64,000 nt of DNA. It comes from Octopus vulgaris (lineage: Eukaryota). Below are positions 1-10,805 of this stretch, piece by piece. Position numbers and translations under genes: made by a program. Below the pieces are notes generated by a model, which was not told the DNA's origin, did not search any database, and was given only the letters and a program-made list of their open reading frames with translations. The DNA lies in NCBI GenBank assembly GCA_951406725.2, contig OX597828.1, positions 72,416,001 through 72,480,000 on the forward strand. Direction: 5' to 3'. Numbering within the stretch: position 1 is the stretch's first letter; the number at the start of each line of letters is the position of its first letter.

Positions 1-131
1 TATGTATATATGGATGGATGGATGTATATATATATGTAAGTATATAGGAATGTATGCATTTGAGTATGTATGTATGTGTGTAATATATGTGTATGTTTGT
101 ATGAATATATGTGCATGTGTGTGTCTATTTG

Positions 132-196
<65 letters not shown>

Positions 197-430
197 ACTT
201 GTTTGTATATATGTGGATGTATGTGTCTATATGTGCATACAAGTATCTATTTGTATTATATGTGTATGTATGTATGTATATATATATATAAATGTATATA
301 TGTGTGTGTATGTGTGTGTGTATTTAATGTATGTATATATTCGTATATATGTTAAGTAAGTTTCGATGTATTTGTGTATGTATGCGTGAATGTGTATATG
401 TCTGTGTATGTAAGAATGTATGCATGTATA

Positions 431-660
431 TGATTGATTGATTGATTGATTCTAGTTTCAGCTTATGAGCTGTGGCCATGCTGGGGCACCGCCATTTGGT
501 GTTGCTACTTGGTTTCACTTCATGGAGGCTTTCTAGCAACTGCTATTTGGTGCATGAGAGAGTTCGATGCAGCTGCCCTCATCTGCCCCTCCTGCCGTGA
601 AGTTGGTTCATCTGGGACACCTGACAGGAAGAGATCCAGCTTCATTTTAAAGACATCTGT
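431..660 (-). mobile_element. 5'-truncated LINE 3' end (CR1-group ORF2 C-terminus + 3'UTR + (ATCA)n tail)
   Basis: Minus strand reads VFKMKLDLFLSGVPDEPTSRQEGQMRAAASNSLMHQ..stop (520-522), then GGCGGTGCCCCAGCATGGCCACAGCTCATAAGCTGAAAC and (ATCA)n; homologous copy at 59645-59870. Confidence 0.75.
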
Positions 661-924
661 ATGTGCAATGTATATGTATATTTGTACGTATGTGTATGTA
701 TGTACACCAAAGATGCGAGTGCGTGCTTTTATGTGCGTATCTAAGTACGTATGTGAGTATACATATATATATGCATGTGTGTATGTATTTATATATATAA
801 ATGTGTATATATGCGTGTATATGTATCTATGCATGGTTGTATATGCTTGTATGTTACGTAAATTGTGAACGTGTGCATGTGTATATATGTATATATATAT
901 GTGTTTATGTGTGTATGCATCTAT

Positions 925-1140
925 TATCTTTTACTTGCTTCAGTAAGATACACACAGACACACAGATAGAGATACACACAGACACACAGACACAGATACA
1001 CACACACACACACATATATGCAATGGGCTTCTTTCACTCGCATAGCGTAAGGCTATAGTAGAAGACACCTGCCCAAGGTGTTAATCAGAGGGACGGAAAC
1101 CAGAGCCATATTTTTGTGAAGGAAGGTTCTTGTCACACAG
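925..1140 (-). mobile_element. SINE family B, degraded and internally deleted
   Basis: Matches family B segments (ggctatagtagaagacac..gcccaaggtg; tcttttacttg tail). Confidence 0.65.
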
Positions 1141-1739
1141 TCGCAATCTTTTTTTTCTTTAAGGAACTTAAATTCTTCCCAGAGTTCAAACCGGTAACTA
1201 ACAAAACGTCCAGACGCCTTTGAGAATTAAGGAATCCGTAAAGGGGCTTGTGTATTAACGGATATACTTACAGCCCTATAACAGCTCTGCATGTTCCTAT
1301 ACAATGCTGTATGTGTAGATACACTTCCATATGTCTATTGTATGTATGTAGGCGTGTGTACATATGTGTGTGTGGAGTGTGTGTGAACGCATGTGACTGG
1401 GTGCATATGTTCATTCTAGGAATCTCGAATGAAGAATCGTCGAATTGCTTCACAAATCTTCCTTGTACCAATAATCGATAGGATTTGCAAGACTCGTGTT
1501 AGTTTAATTTGTTTTTCCTCTTTGAAAATCCTATAATTTCCAGATTTTATGCAAATCCCTTGTTATATATCCCCGTACACCATGATACTTAGCACAAACG
1601 ATAATCTATCGTAAGACTACAAAAGTTCTAACTCTTGTATCAGTTGACCACAGATTCTGCCAACTGACCTCATATCTCTACCTTCATTCATCTTCCTCGT
1701 ATAACACTCTTAACTATATGTGTATGCGTGCATACATGC

Positions 1740-2034
1740 ATACATGTATGTATATATGTGTGTATGTATGTATGTATGTATGTATGTATGTATGTATGTA
1801 TGTATGTATGTATATATGTATGTATGTATGTATGTATGTTTGCATGTATGTATGTTTGTGTGTATGTATGTATGTATGTATGTATGTATGTATGTATGTA
1901 TGTATGTATGTATGTATGTATGAATGTATGTATGTATGTATATATGTATGTATGTATGTATGAATGTATACATGTATGTATGTATGTATGTATGTATGTG
2001 TGTATGTATGTATGTATGAATGTATGTATGTATG

Positions 2035-2068
<34 letters not shown>

Positions 2069-2147
2069 TGTATGTATGTATGTATGTATGTATATATGTA
2101 TGTATGTATGTATGTAATGTATACATGTATGTATGTATGTATGTATG

Positions 2148-2179
<32 letters not shown>

Positions 2180-2195
2180 AATGTATGTATGTATG

Positions 2196-2229
<34 letters not shown>

Positions 2230-2296
2230 TGTATGTATGTATGTATGTATGTATGTATGTATGTATGTACATGTATGTATATGCATGTATGTATGT
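1740..2296. repeat. (TATG)n microsatellite tract
   Basis: ~550 bp of TATG units with few interruptions. Confidence 0.98.
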
Positions 2297-2402
2297 CATT
2301 GTTCAGTTTTATTTCAAAATTTCTTGCCAATAAAGAACCGGTTTCTAACCTAGATTCTAGGTTCCTTCATTGGAATTTCAACATCAACAACAGGGTATTT
2401 TT
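2297..2402 (-). mobile_element. ~105 bp dispersed unit embedded in (TATG)n
   Basis: Same unit recurs at 32419-32868 (interrupted by a SINE) and in the duplicate at ~41890-42339, each time with TATG repeats on both sides; strand inferred from AATAAA near one end. Confidence 0.7.
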
Positions 2403-2702
2403 GTATGTATGTATGTATGTATGTATGTATGTATGTATTTATGTATGTATGTGTGTGCAGATTTGTATGTTTTACGTATGTATTCTCACGCATATAGCAT
2501 GAGAATACATACATATCTAGACATGCTCATATATATTTAAATGATAAACTTCTGGAAAGTTTTACAGATTTTTACAGTTCCAGTGATGGATTGGATCTGT
2601 AGTCTTCGAATTAGCTTTCTCCTTTCTGGTTTTGAGAAGCCTAATTTCTCAAGATTGGTATTTAGGTAGTGTGTTTATGTATGTATTATATATGCATGTA
2701 AA

Positions 2703-2909
2703 GGCGCGTAGCTTAGTGGTTAGGGGTATTCGGTTCACAATCTTAACATTGTGAGTTCGATTCCCGGCGACGCATTGTGTACTGGAGTAAGACATTTTAT
2801 TTCAAATTCATCCAGTCCACTCTGGCAAAAATGTGTGGTACCAATAATTCAAAATGAGTGGTACCAATAATTCAGCTGGAACCCACGTCGACGTAAGCGA
2901 CGGAATGCC
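2703..2909 (+). mobile_element. SINE family C, internally deleted
   Basis: A box TAGCTTAGTGG, B box GAGTTCGATTCC, body ccagtccactc.ggcaaaaatg and terminal cgtcgacgtaagcgacggaatgc match 32462-32788. Confidence 0.75.
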
Positions 2910-3084
2910 AGGGTTCTGTGTGTATGTATGTATGCATGCGTGTGTGTGTGTATGTTGTGCGTGTGCATGTATGCGTATGTGTATGTGAATGTGGTGTGTG
3001 TATGTTTGCGAACCGAATGCGACGATAACTCCACCTACATCACTTACACGACCACTCTTAGCATTTTCTCCTCTACCCGCACCT

Positions 3085-3297
3085 CAATCATCATTATCAT
3101 CATCATCCTCATCATCACCATGATTGCTACTAACATCACCGTCATCATTATCAGCATCATCTTCATCATCACCTCCACCTCCACCACCACCACTATCACC
3201 ACCGTCATCATTATCATCGTCATCATTATCATCGTCATCATTATCATTACCTTCGTCGTCGTCGCACTCGTCATCATCAACCTCCTCCTCTCCCTCC

Positions 3298-3329
<32 letters not shown>

Positions 3330-3385
3330 TTCCTACTCCTCCTCCTCATCATAACCATCAACATCACCATCATCGCCATCCTCAT
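3085..3385. repeat. compound triplet repeat (ATC/ACC/GTC/CTC)n
   Basis: Phase-conserved triplet runs. Confidence 0.9.
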
Positions 3386-3749
3386 AATAATGCTTAATCC
3401 TTTTAAGTATCTATCAGTGACCGTGTGTTGATCAGCGCCCTCTACCGGCTGATTACAATGACGAGTTGTTTCAGTCTAAACAGCTTCGGCTTTCGTTAAA
3501 GGTTATCAGCGTCAAACAATAAACAATTTACCGAATTTAAATGTCAGACAAGCTTTTCTCCGACCAATTTAATTAGCATTACCTGATTTAGACAGGTGTA
3601 GACATGTTACATTTAATGCAAACCACATTCGACTTATTACAGCAGAACATTCTAATAAATCAATGAGGCTTTTTCTTTGACAATAAAATATAATAGCTTT
3701 TTATTTTTATATATATTTCTATAGACTCGACTGATTTTTTATCTTATAA

Positions 3750-3949
3750 CTAGTTTCAGTTATTGGACTGCAGCCATGCTGGGGCACGACCTAGAAGGGT
3801 TTTGAATCGAACAAATCGACCCCAAATCAACTTAGTCTATCGGTATCTTTTACCGGAGCGCTAAGTATCGAGGATATAAGCAAACCAGCAAAAATTGACA
3901 AGTGGTCAAGGGACAAACACATACACATAAAGTTACACACAAATAAATA

Positions 3950-4038
<89 letters not shown>

Positions 4039-4790
4039 CTTTTATCTTTTACTTGTTTTAGTTATAAGGCTGTGCCCATGCTGGAGGCACTGTTGCCTTG
4101 AAGAATCTTTTAGTCAAATGGTTCGACAACAGTACTTATTTTTTAAGGTCTCTTGCCGAACCACTAAGTTACGGATACGTAAACATACCAATACCGGTTA
4201 CAAAGCAGTAGCGGTGGACAATTGCAGACGCAAAGAAACACACACACACAGACACACACAAGACGGGCTTCTTTTAGTTTCCGTCTATCAAATCCAGTCA
4301 CAAGGCCTTGGTAGAAGAGACTTGCCCAATGTGTCACGCAGTGGGACTGAACTCAGGATAACACTGTTTGCAAGCAAGCTGCTTAACCACACGACCAAAT
4401 TTGCTTAAGTTTTCCAATAATTTAGAAAAGCCATAATTTCTATCTAGAAATTATGTTCTTAAAGATTAATTATATATTTCGTATTTGAATGTTAGTATTT
4501 AACAGGAATGGATGTGTGTTTAGGAAACTCGCTTTGCAATCGCGTGTATATCTACCTTCTTTTATTCATTTACTTGCTTCAGTCATTTGCCTGCGACCAT
4601 GCTGGAGCAATGTCTAGAAGGGCTTTTAGACGAACAAGTCGAACCCGCGACTTAATTTTTTCAAAGCCTAGTATTTATTCTGTCGGTCTCTTTTGCCGAA
4701 CCCCTAGTCTACGGGGACGTAAACAGACCAAAACCGCTTGTCAGGTGGTGATGAGGTGGGGACAAATACAGACACAAAACACGCTCACAT
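3750..4790 (-). mobile_element. cluster of three degraded family B SINE copies (~3750-3950, 4038-4395, 4558-4790)
   Basis: Each contains gccatgctgg.gca and ttgccgaacc.ctaag segments; separated by (CA)n and unique DNA. Confidence 0.8.
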
Positions 4791-4969
4791 GCATAAATAC
4801 ATACATACATACATACATACATACATACATACATACATGCATGCATACATACATACATACATACATACATACATACATACATACATACATACATACATAC
4901 ATACATACATACGAATAGCCAGTAAGCAACTCTCCATCCATTAGGATGTGAACGAAGTTTTTTAAATTT

Positions 4970-5060
4970 TTGCCCTGAAGAGATTTTTACTTTTTAAATA
5001 CATATGCAATCTTAATTAAAAATATGAATGAAGGTAAGAAATTGAAACGTACGTAGGCGA
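4970..5060 (+). ncRNA. type I hammerhead ribozyme motif (PLE-associated)
   Basis: Stem I TTGCC(4970-4974)/GGCGA(5056-5060); core CTGAAGA 4975-4981; long stem II GATTTTTACTTTT/GAAGGTAAGAAATT; GAAA 5044-5047; palindromic stem III ACGTACGT; cleavage triplet GTA 5053-5055. Confidence 0.7.
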
Positions 5061-5112
5061 TATGAAACTGACTATTATATAAATAAATAAATAAATTGTT
5101 TCTGGGTTCAAA

Positions 5113-5216
5113 CACCATGACAGTTCGTGTGAACTCTAATGTTTAATGACGGAACATTAAAAGGCAAATTTTTGTAGGCGATAAGAAAATACTGTACAAA
5201 TGATATCGTTCGCCTT
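5113..5216 (+). repeat. dispersed ~100 bp repeat (second copy inverted at 11051-11154)
   Basis: gacagttcgtgtgaactct..aaatgatatcgttcgcct is the reverse complement of 11051-11154 with few mismatches. Confidence 0.85.
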
Positions 5217-5490
5217 ATGTTTTATTATTAAAATTTTGTTCTCCGATATCGAATGGATGAAAACATCTATAAGGACAACTGGAACTTCATAAGTGTTGAC
5301 ATTAAATGCTAACACAAGTTAATGAATTCTAAGTATGCAATCGATATGGAACTAAACTGGTGACGCTTGGATAAAATACATCCCTGTGAAAGATCAACCT
5401 ATTTCCATTCAATACTATATAGGTGTCCCACAGTGGGACTGAACCCGGAACCATGTGGTTGGAAAGTAAGCTTATGCTTATGTATATATA

Positions 5491-5886
5491 CTAGCAGTAT
5501 CGCCCGGCGTTGCTCGGGTTTGTAAGGGAAATAACTATATAAGCATTTTTAGAGAGTTATAGCCAAAAAATAGCCAAAAAATGCATTAAAAATGGAAAAA
5601 AATGATGGTAAATTTTTTTTAAATCGTTGACTCATCGTAGACATTTTTAGAGAGTTACTTCCCTTATATAATAGCGAAAAAATGCATTAAAATGGAAAAA
5701 AATGATGGTAAATTTTTTTAAAAATCGTAGTCTCATCGTAGACGCGCGCTAATACCCAGAAGGGCTCGATATGAATGACGACTATAAGATACCCAGTTTT
5801 GGTTAAACTGCACCGCAAAATGTGGGAGTAGTTAGGAATCTAAATCGTAGGAGACAGACACACAACTTCACTTTTATATATAAAGA
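5491..5886 (-). mobile_element. non-autonomous Helitron (396 bp)
   Basis: Minus strand A|TC.. start at 5886, GC-rich subterminal hairpin CCCGAGCAACGCCGGG (5503-5518), ..CTAG|T end at 5491, no TSD; internal ~100 bp tandem duplication (5544-5743). Confidence 0.88.
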
Positions 5887-6739
5887 TATCCGTCTATTCT
5901 TTTATTCTTTTATTTGTTTCAGCCATCAGACTGTGGTCATGCTGGGGCAACGCCTTGTATTGTATATATGTATATATTTACGTGCGTGTGTGTGTGCGTA
6001 TGAGAGTGAGTGTGTGCATGTATGAGTGTAGGTGTGTGTGTGTGTGAGTGTGTGTGTGTGTGTGTCTGTGAAATGTTTGTTAGATGAGTTGCTAAATAAT
6101 TCTCCCTGCACTGTTTACAGACGACACAACATTGTTTTAAAAACTCGCGGCTGTCTGATGATCAGTAACTTGAACCACCGGGTGATAGCTCGCCTTGCAG
6201 TATCAATAAAGTGCTACAAACACACACACGCACGCGCGCGCGCACACACACACACTCATACACGCACATGCACACAGACATACGCAGACACACACATCCA
6301 CACATACAGACTCACACACAGACACACAGAGACACACACAAGCACACACGCACACATACACAGCAAACATACATGCATAAATATCACACAGACAAATGCA
6401 CACAGATGCACCAATGCAGACACACGCGTACACACACACAAATACAGACACGCACACACACATACACGTAGACATACGCACACGAACACAGACACAGACA
6501 TAGACACACACACGCCCACGCAACACGCACATAAACACAGAACCACAGACATATGCACACAGAAACACACCACTCACACATACCCACGCACACGCAGACA
6601 CACGCACACAAACAAACACACACACGCACACGTAGACACACGCACACAACACAGACACAGACACAGACACAGACACACACACGCACACACACGCACACGC
6701 ACACACACGCACACATATAGAGAGCGTCCTCGACATTGG

Positions 6740-7050
6740 GCAAGACGGTAATTATTAACGGAAGTCTTCTCAGCAATTCGTTTCAGAGAAGCTAACGACG
6801 TCTCCTGGGAATTGAACAAAGTTTTAGTGGAAAGACGGGAATAGGTAAAGGAGAAACGAATAAGTACCTGGAGATACGCCTTGCGGACAGTAAGAAGCAT
6901 CTATGGCCTTTCAAGACGAAAATACGATGCAAAGAGATTTTCAGAACGTTGTATAAGGGAGTGTTGTAATTAGGGTTGGGATAGAATGACGAGATTAAAG
7001 AACAGAAACATCATCAGAACTGGCTGGAGATTAGAGGGGGGCGATAAAGA
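6740..7050 (-). pseudogene. degenerate LINE ORF2 fragment just upstream of the RT domain
   Basis: Frameshifted translation [17 protein letters not shown]...[11 protein letters not shown] resembles the KAxGPDGI...GDxxxxxNYRPI motifs of APE-type LINEs. Confidence 0.45.
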
Positions 7051-8528
7051 GAGGCTAAAATATCAGCAGTTCAGATATCAGAGATAAGAAATAGGTTGTA
7101 AGATAATCAAATGTCATTCTGTTAATTAAGGAAATAGTCATCGAAACACACGTCTCCTTTTTATTTTCTGCTTTGTCAAGAAACCTAAAACCTTTCCGAT
7201 GTTATTTTGTCAAAAACAAAACGAAAACAACAAAAAAAACAAAGCAAAACAAAAGGATCGATGGATGGAATAATCCTTCACAAATCAATGGAAACGTAGA
7301 AATCTATTTTCAAAGATTGAAGAAGTATTTTGTTTCGGTATTAATAAAAGGCCACTCTTTTGGTTCTTTACAGTTGAAGATGCGAGGAAGTTAATGGAAA
7401 GCGATTGAGGCAGGTGAGGAATTACGTTCAAAATCGATAACGGATTTGATGGAATTGATGACAGAAAATGGCGGATGTCTTGGACTGAAATATAAATGTG
7501 AATAAAAAAAAAAGTGGAGTTGTGTTTTTGTTCTGAAAATAGGTTCTGCTGGTTTAGCATTAAAGATTGTTGTTGTTGTTGTTGTTGTTGAGCAGGTCTG
7601 TTCGCATGAACATTCCAGCATCACCATGTATTTTTCTTTGCTTTTTCCATAAAAGGCAGGGTGCGAACTGAATGAAATTTGGCCGCTATTTTTGGCGTCC
7701 ACCTTAAAGTTCCCTTTGTTAGTCGGTTATAGTAATGGTACGTGCTGTACAAGAAATATTGTAATAAAGAAGCTTACAACATCAAAGCGTGTTCGAAGAA
7801 GGAATAAAAACCATTCTGATATAAAATACCAATTCCATACGTATTAGGCAGAATAATGAATTAGGTCATACGCATGGCTAACTATCGAAATATCGAAATA
7901 TCAGGTTCTAAAGATTCACTCAGTGTAGGAAAACCGATTTACTTAAAAACAAAATAAAAAAAACAAAACAATACAAAACAAGACAAAAATCATTTTGGAA
8001 TCAATAACGTGACTAAAGGTTAAAAACAACCTGAAATAAGCAATTTTTGACATGTATTGACGACTTCTGCTGATATAAATCTTGATAGTGGAAGTGAAGC
8101 AATCCCAGGCGGTGACAGATAACAGGTTAGCTAAACTGTAAGATCTATTTGTTGGATGTGGGACGTTGGAGAACGCATCTTTTTAGCTGTTTTCACAGTC
8201 GTTATTGTGGTAAGTCGTATACGTGGTTATATTAGACTGGAAGTCCCCTCCCACCTCACTACGTCATTGATGCTTTATACATCGACTTTTCAAGAATGAC
8301 AGATACCTGTTACTTTGACGGGATTTGAACTCAGAGCTCAAAAGAGCCGGAACAAAAAAGACTGCAGAGCATTCTCTCGGATGCATTGCCGTGTCTATCA
8401 TCTATTGTCTTAAACGGAATAAATTCTTCATTCAATAACACCAACAGGAACTTCTAACTTGTCTCGTGAGGTCTCTGGGTGAGACTTGGAGCCAACTAGT
8501 ACAAACGCAAAGCAAAAGTTAAACATAA

Positions 8529-8590
<62 letters not shown>

Positions 8591-8591
<1 letters not shown>

Positions 8592-8796
8592 TTCTTTATT
8601 GCCCACAAGGAGCTAAACATAGAAGGGACAAACAAGGACAGACAAAGGGATTAAGTCGATTACATTGACCTTAGTGCGTAACTGGTACTTAATTTATCGA
8701 CCCCAAAAGAATGAAAGGCAAAGTCGACCTCGGCGGAATTTGAACTCAGAACGTAGCGCCAGACAAAATACTGCTAAGCATTTCGCCCGACGTGCC
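8591..8796 (-). mobile_element. SINE family A, within (TAA)n
   Basis: B box GAGTTCAAATTCC, core GCCGAGGTCGACTTTGCCTTTCAT, tail cttgtgggcaataaagaaa; (TAA)n on both sides. Confidence 0.9.
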
Positions 8797-8818
8797 GCTA
8801 CTGCTGCTGCTGCTGTTG

Positions 8819-8854
<36 letters not shown>

Positions 8855-9034
8855 TTAATAATAATAATAATAATAATAATAATGATAATAATATCAACAG
8901 GATTATTAGGAGGATCCTAAAAATTGAAAGACTAATGAACATTTGTGGACACCCAACGTTGCAGACAGTAACCTGTTATCCACATAAGTCCTACCAAGAA
9001 TAAGACCGAACCTGATCCAAATCAAAATAATGAA

Positions 9035-9082
<48 letters not shown>

Positions 9083-9150
9083 GAGGAGAATAATTTTAGA
9101 TGGAGGGGATTAGTCGACTACATCGACCCCAGTTCTTAACTGGTATGCAA

Positions 9151-9390
9151 GATATTGTTGTAAACAACGAAAGCAATGAAGTCTGTTTATTGATCGCCAT
9201 GACTATCCCTTGTGACCACAATATTTAGGCAAAAGAATTTAACAAACTCAGAAAATATAAAAAAATTGCTCATTGAAATCGAAAAAAAAATGCGGCATCT
9301 CAAAGTGATGAAAGTACCAGTAATTGCAGGGGCACCAGGAATAATCAAAAGCGGAAGTCAAAATTATTTGGAAGCCATCTCTGCAAGAAG
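9151..9390 (+). pseudogene. restriction-like endonuclease (RLE) domain fragment of an R4/Dong-like non-LTR retrotransposon
   Basis: DIVVNNESNEVCLLIAMTIPCDHNI*AKEFNKLRKYK / LLIEIEKKMRHLKVMKVPVIAGAPGIIK matches the PD..D..KxxKY..VPxxxGALG pattern; one stop, one frameshift. Confidence 0.8.
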
Positions 9391-9525
9391 TGCAAAGGAT
9401 TGTATTTAACTGACACGTCACACGAATCGAGGAGAGCAGAGTCGCTGGGAGAATGACTAGCAGCCACGTTGATAATTTTTTTCTACACAACTGTATCTGA
9501 TTTTGTAAAGGAACAATCTGGTGTG

Positions 9526-9599
<74 letters not shown>

Positions 9600-9613
9600 T
9601 GTATGTATGTATG

Positions 9614-9650
<37 letters not shown>

Positions 9651-9733
9651 GCATATATATATATATATATATATGTATATGTATGTATGTATGTATGTAT
9701 GTATATATATATATATGTGTGTGTGTGTGTATG

Positions 9734-9792
<59 letters not shown>

Positions 9793-9793
<1 letters not shown>

Positions 9794-9985
9794 GGGAGAG
9801 TTTACGAAAAAACCAAAAGACGAAGACAGGTAGTGTACAAAACAAACAGATGCATTAGTATAACGCTCAGGAATAGAAAAAGTCTTTTACGTTTCGAGCC
9901 TACGCACTTCTACAGAAAGGGACACAGAAAAAACAAGGAGAGAAAACAATGTGTGTAGTGGCTAACGATCTATCATGGCGACTGC
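9793..9985 (-). mobile_element. (TA)n-anchored short element (family P, divergent subfamily) with minimal hammerhead motif at 9884-9919
   Basis: Minus strand CTTT-CTGTAGA-AGTGCGTAGGCTC-GAAAC-GTA-AAAG followed by ttcctgagcg as in other P copies. Confidence 0.65.
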
Positions 9986-10009
9986 CATATATATACATAT
10001 ATATAATCT

Positions 10010-10379
10010 TAATAATAGCATAGGGTAAAATGAACGAATTAATAATTTTACCAAGTTGTCAGTACGTTAAAAAATTTTTTTAGGTAAATTATACAAAATA
10101 TTCTATAATTATATACATAATTATAATCAGGGGTCATCTAAGTGTCTCGCCACGTACTGAATTAGAAATAGACACTAATGTCTTTTCAGCTACCATAAAA
10201 ATGTCCGAGACAATAACACACTTTTTTATGTAGGTGAAAAGAAAAATGATGAGTCCACACGACTTCGGTTAATCACAGACGCGTTTCGAACTTATATTAA
10301 ATTAAATTATTTGGTATTTGAAAAGACAGCGTCTATTAGCTGACCCCTGATTATAATTATGTATATAATTATAGAATAT

Positions 10380-10380
<1 letters not shown>
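10010..10380. repeat. foldback element with perfect 40 bp inverted repeat (10097-10136 / 10341-10380)
   Basis: AATATTCTATAATTATATACATAATTATAATCAGGGGTCA and its exact reverse complement; left tail recurs at ~59430-59550. Confidence 0.85.
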
Positions 10381-10438
<58 letters not shown>

Positions 10439-10439
<1 letters not shown>

Positions 10440-10695
10440 AAACATTATTATCGAGTTAGAAAACAGAGATCTATTTGGTACAAATTAATTAATTAATTAA
10501 TCAACTTATTCACCTACAATTGTTTAATTTCACAATTGTAGGTAAATATGCTGATTAATTAATAAGTTAATTTGTATCCATTAGATCTCTCTTTTTTCTA
10601 ACCCGATAATAATGTTTGATGTTTTATGATATTTTATATAATATATTCATTGAAGAAATATCTCTATAAGAGGTTTAGATATCCTCAATGTGACT
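10439..10695. repeat. foldback element: ~85 bp imperfect arms (10439-10617) plus ~80 bp tail, between (TA)n tracts
   Basis: AAACATTATTATCGAGTTAGAAAA..CCTACAATTG pairs with CAATTGTAGG..TTTTCTAACCCGATAATAATGTTT. Confidence 0.85.
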
Positions 10696-10753
10696 ATATA
10701 TAATATATATATATATATACATACATATACATACATATATATATATATATATA

Positions 10754-10801
<48 letters not shown>

Positions 10802-10805
<4 letters not shown>

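Noticed and set aside
1410-1710. Possible degenerate coding fragment (also 57530-57720)
   Set aside because: The frames I read contain stops and no motif I can assign
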